Below are positions 53,549 through 63,736 of a DNA stretch of 64,000 nucleotides, one piece after another; position 1 is the stretch's first letter, and every line of letters starts with the position of its first letter. The stretch covers positions 248,001 to 312,000 of the forward strand of contig CBFFRQ010000040.1 in assembly GCA_965644315.1 (NCBI GenBank), written 5' to 3'. The DNA is from Caecitellus pseudoparvulus. Taxonomy: Eukaryota > Protista > Bigyra: Bicosoecida. The notes beneath the pieces are model-generated. The model saw only the letters and a list, made by a program, of their open reading frames with translations. It made no database searches and was not told where the DNA came from. A program made the translations under genes and the position numbers.

Positions 53549-56500
53549 ATGAAGCAAAGGAACCAATTGAACCGATTTCGTGGACTCTCTCAGCGGCGTG
53601 GAGCCTTGCTTGGCGTAGCCTTCATGGTGCTGGCGCTGCGCGTCGCACAGGCGGCTGTGCTGCAGCCGGGCGACGCCCTACCTCCCCCAACATGGAAGCA
53701 AGTGAGCCTGGGGAATCGCCATGCCTGTGCTCTGACGACCAGCGGTACGATTCTGTGCTGGGGTTCGAACGATAACGGCCAGTGCGACGTGCCAGCCCTC
53801 CCTGCCGGCGTGGAGTGGACTTCACTCTCCTGCGGCGGCGATGCCGAATTCTCGTGGGACGGCACGGACGTGGAGCACTGCTGTGCACTGCGATCCGACG
53901 CAGGCATCTCCTGCTGGGGTGCAGCGGCAGAACCGTCCCAGCTGGAGGTTCCTGACCCCCCCCAAGGCCGCACGTGGACGTCAGTCACGGCTGGCGGCGG
54001 GTACACCTGTGCCTTAGACAGCGATGGCCAAGTGCTGTGCTGGGGCGCCGGGGCAGCGTCCAGCGTGAACAGCGCATCTGACAGGAGTTGGGTTGCGTTC
54101 GCGGCTGGAGATCGGACAGCGTGCGGGTGCAGAACAGACGGAGTGGCGCAGTGTTTCGGCAACAGCCCTGGAACGTTGAGCGGCCATTCAGCGTCCGTGT
54201 ACCGCTGTGGAGCAGTGGACACGGGTAGAACCTCAGTGTGTGTCTTGTACAACTTGCCTGGTAATGCTGGCAATGGACCAGCATACACATCGCAGTGCTC
54301 TGAGCCGACTGGTTTCAAGTACGGCATCGATCGTGGTACGTTTGCCACGAGGAACTACGCCTCTGTCGCTGTGGGGCGTGCATCTGCGTGTGCCATCAAA
54401 GTCGACGGCAGTGCTGAGTGCTGGGGCTTCACCACCAGCGGCTGGGGCCAGACGACGCCTCCAGTCTTGGCCTTGGGCGTGACCTGGCTCACAATTGACG
54501 TGCGGGGCGCGTTCGCATGCGGCATTGACTCTGAATCCCAGCTGCATTGCTGGGGAGATGCCAGCTTCGGGCGCCTCTCGCCACCAGACTTACCCCACAA
54601 GTGCAGCGGGGTGGTGCAGGAGGACGACACAGCACGCATCACCGCTTGCGTTCCTGGCGCCTCCATGAACCTCAGCGCTGGGGCATTCCACGGACGCCTT
54701 GCGGTGTCGAGCATCGCGTCAGGGGCATTTGATGGCGCGAGTGGCATTGCCGAGCTGGACCTGTCACTTCAGCGCCTCCACTTCCTGCCCGCTGACTTGT
54801 TCACGAGCGGCATGTTTACGGCAGGGGACAGCGTGATCGTCGGCGGCAATCCCGGCGCATCTTCAGGAGCGTGCTTCAACGGTGCCGGCTTCCGGGCCAT
54901 ATATCCCGGGGCCAGCGCGCAGTTCTGCATGTCTGATGGCACCGTCTTGTCCATCGCGCCTGCCGCCGTTGCCACAGACGGAAGCGGCACGCTGACGGTT
55001 GAAGTGCTGGGGTATGATGCTGTGTCATTTGTGACAATTGGAACGCTGTACGTTGAAGTTGGGAACGAAGAGTGCACAGGTGCGGCATGGACTGCGGCAG
55101 CTTCGAGTGCGTCTGGCGTCGGCCCGTATGCCTTGTCCTGCACCGCTCCCGCTGGGACGGGTGCTGGGTTCGCAGTCTCTGTCTCGGCTTTCAACGGGAA
55201 CGTGGCGTTTGTCGAGCAAGTAGAAGGCGTAAATGTGTCCTACGCGAGCCCTGTCATCTCGTCCGTCGAAGATGGGCCTGGAGGGTACATCGTTGGGAGT
55301 GTTGCTCCTGTGAAGTTGCATGGCGCCAACTTTGGGCCCGCTCTCCAGGCAACCCCAGTTGTGTTGATCCAGCTCCCTGACGCCCATGAAGAACCGTGTG
55401 TGAGTGCTCAAGTCGTCTCAGATACGCTTATTTCATGCACACTTGTGGCAGGCTGGGGACAGGATCTGCGCCTGTCCCTTGCTTTGAGCGGTGCATCTGT
55501 CGTGCTGCCAGGCGCCTTCTCTTTCGCCTTGCCACGCATTTCAAGCATTGAGAGCAGCTCAAATGGAGCGCCGGGCCCATTTTCAACCCTTGGAGCAGCT
55601 GCTGAAGACGACAGGCTCATTGTGCGAGGAACGAATTTTGTGGTGCCCAGACCTGGTGCAGAGGGAAGCCTCGCATTTGCCACAGTGCACCTGGTAAATG
55701 GAACAGGCAACAACACAGACACTGAGTGCGGTGATGTCATTGTATCCAGCACTGAGGAGCTGTCTTGTCTTTGGCCAGCGGGCATCGGGGCCAACTTCTC
55801 TGTGGTGTACCGCTACAACGGCACTGCATCCACAGGCGGGGAGGGCTTGTTTTCGTATGCTGCACCAGTTGTCACGAGTTTATCAGCACGCCAGCTGTCT
55901 CAAGCAGGCGGGGACAATCTTCTCGTCCAAGGGCATGGCTTCGGACCTCCAGGGTCTGAAGTGACTGCGTATGTGGGAACGGCGCCTTGCTCCACCACAA
56001 CCCAGGCGGGGGATGACACCCTCGTGTGCGTCCTTCCGGCTGGTGCGGGGACTCAGTTCGCAGTGTGGGTTGATGCTGGCCGTCAGAATTCGAGCCAGAT
56101 TCCCGGCGCTAACAACAGCGTGAGTTTCGCCACTCCCGTCCTCACTTCTGCGCAAGTTGGGACCTTCACTGGCGTCAGCAATGTCCTTCTCGCTGCAGCG
56201 TCGGGCAGTTTGCGCATTTCACCAAATGTGACGGTGCGGGGCTTGTCACTTGGAGCGGCTCACCAGGCAGTCGTGTCAATGTCCGTAGCAGGCCAGCCCT
56301 GCCCATCCGGATCCTTGTTCTTCACCTCCGGTGGTGGCTCCGGAACAGAGACTGTCACGTGCGCATCCCTCAGGGAAGCCAGCTTCAACGCGTCAAGTCC
56401 ACAGGTTGTGCTGACAGTCGCGAACTCGCAAGCCACCTTTCCCATCGCTGTCATGGGCAGGCCCCAAATCGACCAGCTGTCTTCCTCTGCCGGGGTTGCT

Positions 56501-59500
56501 GGCCAGACACTGACCGTACTTGGGTCAAACTTCGGACGAGGCCCAGTCGATGCCCCCGTCGTCCGCATCGGAGGCTGGCAATGCGACACAACGTCTTGGG
56601 CGGATGCAGGGACTGTTTCGTGTCTCGTTCCAGACGGGTGGGGTTCGAACCACACCGTCAGCGTCGAGACAGCAGGGGGGCTGCAATCTGAGGAGCAGAT
56701 TCCATTCTCATTCACGCTTACCTTGGACGAAGTGAGGGTGACCCAGGATCCCCTGGGATTCGTGCACCCCTCAGCAACCCCCCACCTTCTTGTGCAAGCT
56801 GCTCCCACCAGTGCTGTCGCGTACAACCTGTCTGTGGGGGGAGTTGCAATGGGCCAAGCCGCAGTGGATGTTGCTTCGCTGTTCATCGGAGGAGCTCGCT
56901 GTGCCTCGGTCAGGGTGCTGTCAAGTAGCAGCCTAGAGTGCATTGGGCTGCCAGCTCGGCAGCTTGTGGAGGGATTGGGGCGTGCATCCATCCGGTTATT
57001 CGACGGAACGGAAGCTGGGCTTGACGCTGCGGTCCAAGTCCAGGCTGCCCCGTTCGTGACCGATGACACAGCCAGGTCAGCGTTCCCGGGGGAGTCAATC
57101 TCAATCCTTGGCCGAGGGTTCGGCCGCAGTGCTGACGAGGCCCCTGATGTGCGCATTGGACAGTTTCAATGCCTGAACCAAGGCCAGCGCAGCTTCTGGA
57201 CGTCTGACACAGCTTTGTCTTGCAGCCTTCCTCAGTCTGCGACTGGGCTTGAACTACCTATCACAGTCACGACACCCACAGGCTTGACTTCCAACAGCAA
57301 CGTGACGTTCAGTTTCAGGTTCGCAGCAGGCGAAGAGCCCATTGATCCCCCAACTCAGGCGCCGACAGGGCTCACCGCGACCCGCACGGAAGGCCTGCTC
57401 CCCATCACTCTGACCTGGCTACACGAAGCAGATTCGGACGAGGCAGAGCCTACTCAGTTCATTCTCTATCAAAGTACACTGCCCCTGGGTGTTCAGAACA
57501 TCAGCTCAGCCGCTGCGACATCCCGCCCTGTTGCTGACGGGGGCATTCTGCGGAGACCTGGTTCTGCAGTCACAATGCCCAGTGGCCGCATTCGCTATAC
57601 GTTCGAGGTAACCCTGCCTAATGTGGCCGCGCAGCCATACTGGTTTGCGGTGGCGGCATCCAACCGAAATGGGACAGGCCCGGTGTCCCCCCCCTCCAGC
57701 GCAGTGTACGAGGCATGTGGCCCGCAGCAGTTCCTCGCCCTGCACGAGCCCACCGTCGCCAACCGTGTCTGCAGACAGTGCCCCACAGGGGCCCACTGTG
57801 GCGGTGGCAGCACTGCCGACATCGTTCCTCGGCGAGGCTTCTACCGCATGGACGGATCTGCCAACGGCCTCACGTTCGTGCCCTGTGAGCAGGAGGAGGC
57901 CTGCCGTGGCTACGACCCCGCCCAACACGCTGGCATGAACGCCAGCACCCTGGCAGCCGCCTTTGCAGCCAGCGGTGACCAACAGCAGGCATGTGCGGAG
58001 GGCTACTCAGGCCGACTGTGCCTGCGGTGCTCGCCTGGCTACGCCCGCAGTGGCGCTGCAGGGTGCGCCAGGTGTGAAGATGCAGGCCTGGTCGTGCTGG
58101 CCCTGGCTGGCACGCTGCTGCTGGCACTGTGTATCTTGGCGTACCTCACCAACATCAGTCTGCAGGACACGGGTGACGCCAACAGCACTGCGCTGAACAA
58201 GATCCTGCTGAACCACGTGCAGATCACGTCTGTGGCGCTGCTGTTCAGGTTGCAGTGGCCCACCGCCATCCAGCGCATGCTGGACGCCTTCAACACCGTC
58301 AGCTCAGTGTCAGACAGCGTCATCTCAGTGGAGTGCTTGCTGGGCGGGGGCTTGTCGGCGTACCGCTCCAGTGTCATCCTGTCCCTGGTCACGCCTGTCG
58401 CCCTGCTGCTCATCCTGACAGTGTACTGGGTGGTGAACTACTTCACCCGCATCGGGCAGCGCATCTTCGCGCTCCTGCCCACGGCCCTGTGCGGCTCCTT
58501 CCGAGTGGACCCCGCGTCCCTGCACGGTGCGCAGTGGGTGCGGGCCAACGTGGACGGCTGGATCGTCAGCGCAGTGGTGACGGCATTCATGCTGCACATG
58601 AGCCTGGCCCAGACCACTCTGCGCCTGTTCACGTGTGAGGAGCTGGATGACACGGGGCGTGCTTTCCTGGTGGCTGACCCCAATGTGGAGTGCAGCAGTG
58701 CGTCGAACCAAGTGTGGATGTGGGGGGTGGGGCTGCCCGCCTTCTTCGTGTATGGCGTCGGTATCCCCCTGTCAGCCAGCATCATCCTGTGGCTGCGTCG
58801 GAAGCGCCTGGACTCGCCCGAGGTGCTGGGGACGTTTGGGTTCCTGTACGGCGGCTACACCCGCAAGTGGTACTTCTGGGAGACCATCATCATGACGCGC
58901 AAGGCCATGCTGGCGTTTGTGGCCGTGTTTGTGCAGCCGCTGGGGCTGCGCATGCAAGTGTACTGCACGATGCTGGTGGGGTTGGCTGCTTTGGCGGCGC
59001 ACGACTCGGCCCAGCCCTTTGCTCGGGGCGCCATGAACGCTCTGGAGCGTGCCAGCATCTTTGTGTCCTTGCTGACCATGCTTGGCGGGTTATTCCTGGA
59101 GCAGGATGAGGTGTCGGGGGGCGCACGTGTCGTTGTGACCATGTGCATTGTGTTGGTGAATGCGGTGCTGCTGCTGGGGCTGGCCGTGGGACTGGGGCAT
59201 GCGACGGTGATGGAGATGTTCTTCCCGCCTGCAGCCGGCGACACGGCGAAGGCTGCCCCCAGCGTGCCTGATGACGATTCGGGGGGCCGCGATATTGCTT
59301 CGGCTGACGTGCTGGACGATGCTGTGGAGCCAGTCGCCCCGGACGCAGCCAGCGCTGATTCTGGCTTGCCCCATGACGAGGCAGCTGGAAGTGAGACCAG
59401 TGCATTGTCACACAGCGCACGGGGTGGCGAGTCTGCCAGAGGCTCCGTCGCCCCCGAGACGCTGGATGCCGCCACAGCTGTTGACGATAGCGAGGCGGTG

Positions 59501-59557
59501 CAAGGCATCCCTCCTTCCAGCGCATTGAGGGGGGATTCTGGCGAAGTCAGTTCGTGA
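53549..59557 (+). CDS. Large surface receptor-like protein B, paralog of A with the same domain order
   Basis: Signal peptide ALLGVAFMVLALRVAQA; VSLGNRHACALTTSGTILCWGSNDNGQ repeats; LRR LDLSLQRLHFLPADLF; 8 IPT units; FN3 YWFAVAASNRNGTGP; C-terminal membrane module identical to A for about 525 aa. Confidence 0.9.
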   Translation: MKQRNQLNRFRGLSQRRGALLGVAFMVLALRVAQAAVLQPGDALPPPTWKQVSLGNRHACALTTSGTILCWGSNDNGQCDVPALPAGVEWTSLSCGGDAEFSWDGTDVEHCCALRSDAGISCWGAAAEPSQLEVPDPPQGRTWTSVTAGGGYTCALDSDGQVLCWGAGAASSVNSASDRSWVAFAAGDRTACGCRTDGVAQCFGNSPGTLSGHSASVYRCGAVDTGRTSVCVLYNLPGNAGNGPAYTSQCSEPTGFKYGIDRGTFATRNYASVAVGRASACAIKVDGSAECWGFTTSGWGQTTPPVLALGVTWLTIDVRGAFACGIDSESQLHCWGDASFGRLSPPDLPHKCSGVVQEDDTARITACVPGASMNLSAGAFHGRLAVSSIASGAFDGASGIAELDLSLQRLHFLPADLFTSGMFTAGDSVIVGGNPGASSGACFNGAGFRAIYPGASAQFCMSDGTVLSIAPAAVATDGSGTLTVEVLGYDAVSFVTIGTLYVEVGNEECTGAAWTAAASSASGVGPYALSCTAPAGTGAGFAVSVSAFNGNVAFVEQVEGVNVSYASPVISSVEDGPGGYIVGSVAPVKLHGANFGPALQATPVVLIQLPDAHEEPCVSAQVVSDTLISCTLVAGWGQDLRLSLALSGASVVLPGAFSFALPRISSIESSSNGAPGPFSTLGAAAEDDRLIVRGTNFVVPRPGAEGSLAFATVHLVNGTGNNTDTECGDVIVSSTEELSCLWPAGIGANFSVVYRYNGTASTGGEGLFSYAAPVVTSLSARQLSQAGGDNLLVQGHGFGPPGSEVTAYVGTAPCSTTTQAGDDTLVCVLPAGAGTQFAVWVDAGRQNSSQIPGANNSVSFATPVLTSAQVGTFTGVSNVLLAAASGSLRISPNVTVRGLSLGAAHQAVVSMSVAGQPCPSGSLFFTSGGGSGTETVTCASLREASFNASSPQVVLTVANSQATFPIAVMGRPQIDQLSSSAGVAGQTLTVLGSNFGRGPVDAPVVRIGGWQCDTTSWADAGTVSCLVPDGWGSNHTVSVETAGGLQSEEQIPFSFTLTLDEVRVTQDPLGFVHPSATPHLLVQAAPTSAVAYNLSVGGVAMGQAAVDVASLFIGGARCASVRVLSSSSLECIGLPARQLVEGLGRASIRLFDGTEAGLDAAVQVQAAPFVTDDTARSAFPGESISILGRGFGRSADEAPDVRIGQFQCLNQGQRSFWTSDTALSCSLPQSATGLELPITVTTPTGLTSNSNVTFSFRFAAGEEPIDPPTQAPTGLTATRTEGLLPITLTWLHEADSDEAEPTQFILYQSTLPLGVQNISSAAATSRPVADGGILRRPGSAVTMPSGRIRYTFEVTLPNVAAQPYWFAVAASNRNGTGPVSPPSSAVYEACGPQQFLALHEPTVANRVCRQCPTGAHCGGGSTADIVPRRGFYRMDGSANGLTFVPCEQEEACRGYDPAQHAGMNASTLAAAFAASGDQQQACAEGYSGRLCLRCSPGYARSGAAGCARCEDAGLVVLALAGTLLLALCILAYLTNISLQDTGDANSTALNKILLNHVQITSVALLFRLQWPTAIQRMLDAFNTVSSVSDSVISVECLLGGGLSAYRSSVILSLVTPVALLLILTVYWVVNYFTRIGQRIFALLPTALCGSFRVDPASLHGAQWVRANVDGWIVSAVVTAFMLHMSLAQTTLRLFTCEELDDTGRAFLVADPNVECSSASNQVWMWGVGLPAFFVYGVGIPLSASIILWLRRKRLDSPEVLGTFGFLYGGYTRKWYFWETIIMTRKAMLAFVAVFVQPLGLRMQVYCTMLVGLAALAAHDSAQPFARGAMNALERASIFVSLLTMLGGLFLEQDEVSGGARVVVTMCIVLVNAVLLLGLAVGLGHATVMEMFFPPAAGDTAKAAPSVPDDDSGGRDIASADVLDDAVEPVAPDAASADSGLPHDEAAGSETSALSHSARGGESARGSVAPETLDAATAVDDSEAVQGIPPSSALRGDSGEVSS
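57670..59315 (+). repeat. Right arm of the 1646-bp inverted repeat (constant cassette of receptor B)
   Basis: Begins tgggacaggcccggtgtc and ends ggctgacgtgctgg; matches the reverse complement of 46633-48278. Confidence 0.97.
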
Positions 59558-59560
59558 TGT

Positions 59561-61871
59561 CTATTCGCTGTCTGCGGCGGCTGCTGCTGCGGGGGTCAGT
59601 CTCCTTGCAAGCACAGACCTTTTGGGCTGAAATGCAACTTTGTCTGCGGAGGACATGGAGCGTGGGCGAGTCAGGGGCGGGGTGCACGGCACGTCCGTTA
59701 GTGCATCTCGCGACTTGGCCCGCACTCTCGGGCTCGGCGCGCCTGGGACGGACATCAAGGCCGGAGATGTGATGCTGCGGCGTAATCGGGTCTGGTGTCC
59801 AGGAGTGGGAGGGAGGGCGCGCGTGGGGCTGCCGGGAACGAGCACTGCGTGCACGTCGCTTGGCGTGCAGCCCTTGGGCACGCTGCCTGGGTCTGTGGTC
59901 AGCACTGGGGCAGAGGAGCCCCTCCTAAACGGCTGGCTCCCCGAGAAAGACCTCATGACACTCCCTAGGATGCCCCTCTGTGCAGGAGGTGCCCCTCCTG
60001 CTGTGCTAGCCGCGATCGTCGTCGCCGCACGTCCGCGTTGTCGTGCGGCTGGTGCCGCCTCCGAGCTCTGCGGCAGCGACCTCACAGGTGCCCGAGCGAG
60101 GGTGACGTCTTGAGAATCTGATTTTTCCCATGACAGCTGCTTCTCCAGCGTCACCTGTCCACCCGACATGACCATGACCGGCGTGGAGGGCGGGTGCGCC
60201 TTGGCGGCTTCTGCAGCCGCCGCGGCAGGAGTCCACAGCGCAGGGTCCTGCGCTGCAGGCCCAGGGGACACCGCTTTGGCCTTGGCAGGGAGGAGAGGCG
60301 TCGGAGACTGCTCTGCGACGGCCTGTGCTACTGCAGCTGTGCGGTGCTCGAAGGTGGTCATGCGCTGCACAGGGCTCGTGACTGGCCCATGCTCAGCCTC
60401 AAACGCAGCCCGCAGTGCTCGCAGCTGCCTCCTGCGGAATGAAAACTTGAATGCTGCCGCGAGGAGCGCATCGCCGTCCAAGTCTTCGTGCATGTGGGGA
60501 AAGTACATGAGCATGCCTTCCATGTCCAGGGCGAGCAGAGCCGCTTCGTGGTGCTGCAGAACAGCCAGGCCCACTCGGAAGACGACCTTCCATCCCTCGA
60601 GCAGGAACGAGTCCCACACCCGGCATGTGACAGAGAAGGGGAAGGAGTATGTGAAGATCGTGAGCATCCACTGCGCGGCGTACATGGTGGGGTGGATGCC
60701 GTGTTTGTCAAAGTGGGCCGCCAGCTTCGGCAGGTACTGGCGCACGAGTCCTTGCAGCTGGTACTGCAGCAAGTTCACGAGGGGCAGGCCGGGGGCAAAG
60801 ATGTCTGCGAGACGGTGCGGCTCGTACTCGCACAGCGTCAGCAGCATCCAGAATGCGTCCTCCTCGCTCAAGTACGACAGAAAGAATGCCGTGAGGAAGC
60901 CTGCGGTGCCGGCGCGAAGCGGGGCAGTGCAGGGCGCGACACAGCGAGCACTGCATCGCACGCCCTTCACGTACTCATGCCTTGGCAGTACCCCACTTGC
61001 GGGTTGAACAGTGCGTACGCACGCAGAACACGAAGGAGGGATGCCTGGCCCAGTCCTCCACGCTGCCGGAACAGCTGCATGCGGGGAAAGGTCCGGGTGA
61101 TGTCTCTGTCGATTTCCCCCATCACCCGCTGCTGCGGCTCGGGTATCGGGGCATCCAGCAACTGTGCGTATAGGTCTGTGAATGGCAGGAAGCAGGGAAA
61201 TAATGCTGAGGGACTTGGCATGGTTCTGCGTCGCGACGGCTGCAGGCTCACCTGGGTTGGCCGCCTTGCGCCGAGAACTGTGCACCAGAAGAGGCCAGAC
61301 GACAGCTCTGAATGCGTCAGGAATGCCTTTGCGGCACCGGGTCTTCAAGTGGTTCGCCTTGCGGCCTGTCCAGCTGTGTGGCAAAGCAGCAGCAGCGGAG
61401 TGTGGGGGTATGCGTGAGGCTCGTGCACGTGCTCGGCCACGGGCGGCAGTCCATGCGCACGCACGTTTCCCAATTCGCCAGCATGTCTCGCCACTTCTGC
61501 AGGCGCATGTTCTCCAGCACCAGCCTCTTCTTCCGCTTGTCTTCGTCCACCCCCGACACGCCAGCTGCGCCGGGCAGTGCAGCTTCGGCCTTTGGCACTG
61601 CCGAGACACTGTGGGCTGTCAGCTGAGAGGCAGCGTGATCACCCCCACTACTAGCAGCTGCTGCGCCAGCTGAAGTGGCAGGCTGCTGGGTTGACGGCGG
61701 CGGCGTTGTTGGCGGCCCGGCTTTGTCTGCTGCATTCTGCGCCATCGAATGCTCGCGTTGCGGGGTGCCACCTCCAACTTCAGCAGGAGCGGTACCAGAG
61801 GGCCCTACTTCATGCACAGACACACCCACCTCAGTGGGTAACACATCCCTTGCGTGGTCCTCTGCTGCCAT
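59561..61871 (-). CDS. TBC-domain Rab GTPase-activating protein (TBC1D10/EVI5-like), about 4 exons
   Basis: RLQKWRDML, LKTRCRKGIPDAFRAVVW, EIDRDITRTFP (Arg finger), VGYCQGM (Gln finger), EEDAFW, YAAQWMLTIF, RVWDSFLLEG. Confidence 0.93.
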
Positions 61872-62112
61872 GGCTGTGGGGTGATGCAGGGGCCAGGCGT
61901 GGTTGCCTGCGGAATTTGCACAGCGGCACGACACCCGCGAAGCCACAAGCAACCAGCACGGACAAACGAAAGGGGGCCCTCACATCCGGGGCAGGGCGGA
62001 AGCATCGCTAAGTTTAGCAGAGCTGGTTGGTATTTGTAGTGTGGCTGGCTCGTGCCGTTGCTTCGAACCTCCAAGCTCCGTTCGCGTGCTGGTAGCTTGC
62101 ATTTGACATGAC

Positions 62113-63321
62113 TCAGTCCACCTGCTGGGCCTGCCCTGCCAGGACAAGCAGCAACTCCTCCGTGCTGGCGGAGGCAATGTCTGGGTCATCCTCTGCCTCC
62201 TGCATCTGCTCCTCTGCCAGTTCAGCGGGGGGCAGCCCGTCAGTGGCCACGGCAGGCCCCGCCAGCTGTGCTGGCAACACCACTCGCAGGCAGGAAACTG
62301 GCATCGTCACGTGCCTGCGCTCCAGCATCGCCACATCTACCCTGGACAGGGCCTGGGCGAGCTGTTCGCCCCCCGCCGCCGCGCCAGCGTTGCCAGTGTG
62401 TGGCTGTGGCGCAGAGGGGGGTGGAGGGGGGGGCAGCACCCCCCCCTCATCTTCGAACTCGTCGTCACTGCCAAAGAGGTCGCCGCAGTACTCCGCAACG
62501 AAACTCTCTTCCGATGACTCAGAGGCAGCGCGAGCCAGGGTCTGCGGTGCAGTGGCGTCCACCGCCCCCCGCACACGCCCCAGCACCTGAGGCAGCAGCC
62601 GCAGCACCAACGCACCATCCCTGCGCCGGCGAATGACGTGTGCCAGCGCACCTTCCACTGCGGCGAACTTGACGCGTTGAAAGAGGGCGAACAGGCGCAC
62701 CTTGCGTGTCTCGCCCCTGGGGGCAGGGGGGGCAGCACGGCCCTCAGCTCGGTCCACCGCCTCACTCGCCAGCTGCAGCACCCCTGCCGCCCACCCACGC
62801 AGCGAGCCAGGGGTCAGCATGACCAGCTGGCCCGGCGCTCCAGCACAAGGTGCCCCTGCTGCACTGTGGGCGGATCCTTGGCTGTGTGTCGTGGTGGGGA
62901 GGGGGGGCTGGGGTGTCCGCTGACGCCGCTGGGTCAGCTCCATGCTGGTGCGCCAGAGCTCGCAGCCTTCCTGCTCCAGCATCTGCTTGAAGGTCTCCAG
63001 GCACTGGAAGTGCGTGAAGGTGCTGCGGAGCTGCCCAGACACCTTGCCGGCCACCACAGTGGCGCTGGTGTCGTCGTCGTGTGCCACGTCAGCGGCAGAC
63101 ACACGTGCTGCGTTCTGCACCTGCATTTGCAGGGCCGTCACGACGCGCTCGGCTTCAGCGCTGCTGGTCCGCATCTCGCGCATGTACGTCTGCACGGCCT
63201 CGGCACGGCCCTCGGCCACGACAGCGCGCAGCCTCTCCTGCCGCTGCACCAGCTCCTGTGTGGGCACGGAATCCAGGCTTCGCTGAGCCTGGGAGTCAGC
63301 GTGGGCGGCGAGGTTGGCCAT
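62113..63321 (-). CDS. Hypothetical protein (N-terminal coiled coil, acidic C-terminus)
   Basis: About 400-codon ORF with a gene-like start context (accatggcc), filling the gap between the TBC gene and the next divergent gene. No family recognised. Confidence 0.6.
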   Translation of the reverse strand: MANLAAHADSQAQRSLDSVPTQELVQRQERLRAVVAEGRAEAVQTYMREMRTSSAEAERVVTALQMQVQNAARVSAADVAHDDDTSATVVAGKVSGQLRSTFTHFQCLETFKQMLEQEGCELWRTSMELTQRRQRTPQPPLPTTTHSQGSAHSAAGAPCAGAPGQLVMLTPGSLRGWAAGVLQLASEAVDRAEGRAAPPAPRGETRKVRLFALFQRVKFAAVEGALAHVIRRRRDGALVLRLLPQVLGRVRGAVDATAPQTLARAASESSEESFVAEYCGDLFGSDDEFEDEGGVLPPPPPPSAPQPHTGNAGAAAGGEQLAQALSRVDVAMLERRHVTMPVSCLRVVLPAQLAGPAVATDGLPPAELAEEQMQEAEDDPDIASASTEELLLVLAGQAQQVD

Positions 63322-63736
63322 GGTATGCGTTCTACGTTGCAGGGGCTGTGCTCGCAGCAGGCGTGCAGCAGCACGCGCAACAGGTGCAGAACGTGCGGAA
63401 ACTGATTTGGCGTGGTGTGCCGAGGGTGGAGTTTGGAAGGGGGTCCCCGTCAGAGAGCAGGGAATGCCAACAGCAGGGGAGCTGGAAGTCAATGCGTAAT
63501 CATTCCGTTAACGTTCGGTTTCTCACTTTTGTACGCGCCCAGTTTGTTGCACTTTGACGAGGGAGCGGTGGGAAGTCTGCTTGTGGAAGCGGCGCGTCAT
63601 CCCGAACCACGCGACTTCCAAATGCCACTTACAGTGCCGAAAAATATCGACTCCCCTGAACGCGGACCACGCCATATTTTCGTTTCTGCATCAGTGGATC
63701 ACTGTACCGAGCCGCCATTGTGGGGTGCTGACCAGG

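Noticed and set aside
57687-57694. C8 run at the cassette start as a slippage phase-variation switch
   Set aside because: Similar G/C runs occur elsewhere in this GC-rich window and it encodes Ser-Pro-Pro. There is no evidence of length variation.
46633-59315. Long inverted repeats as terminal repeats of a transposon, Polinton or virophage
   Set aside because: The arms are internal coding parts of host-type membrane proteins. No transposase, integrase, polymerase or capsid ORF and no target-site duplication was seen.
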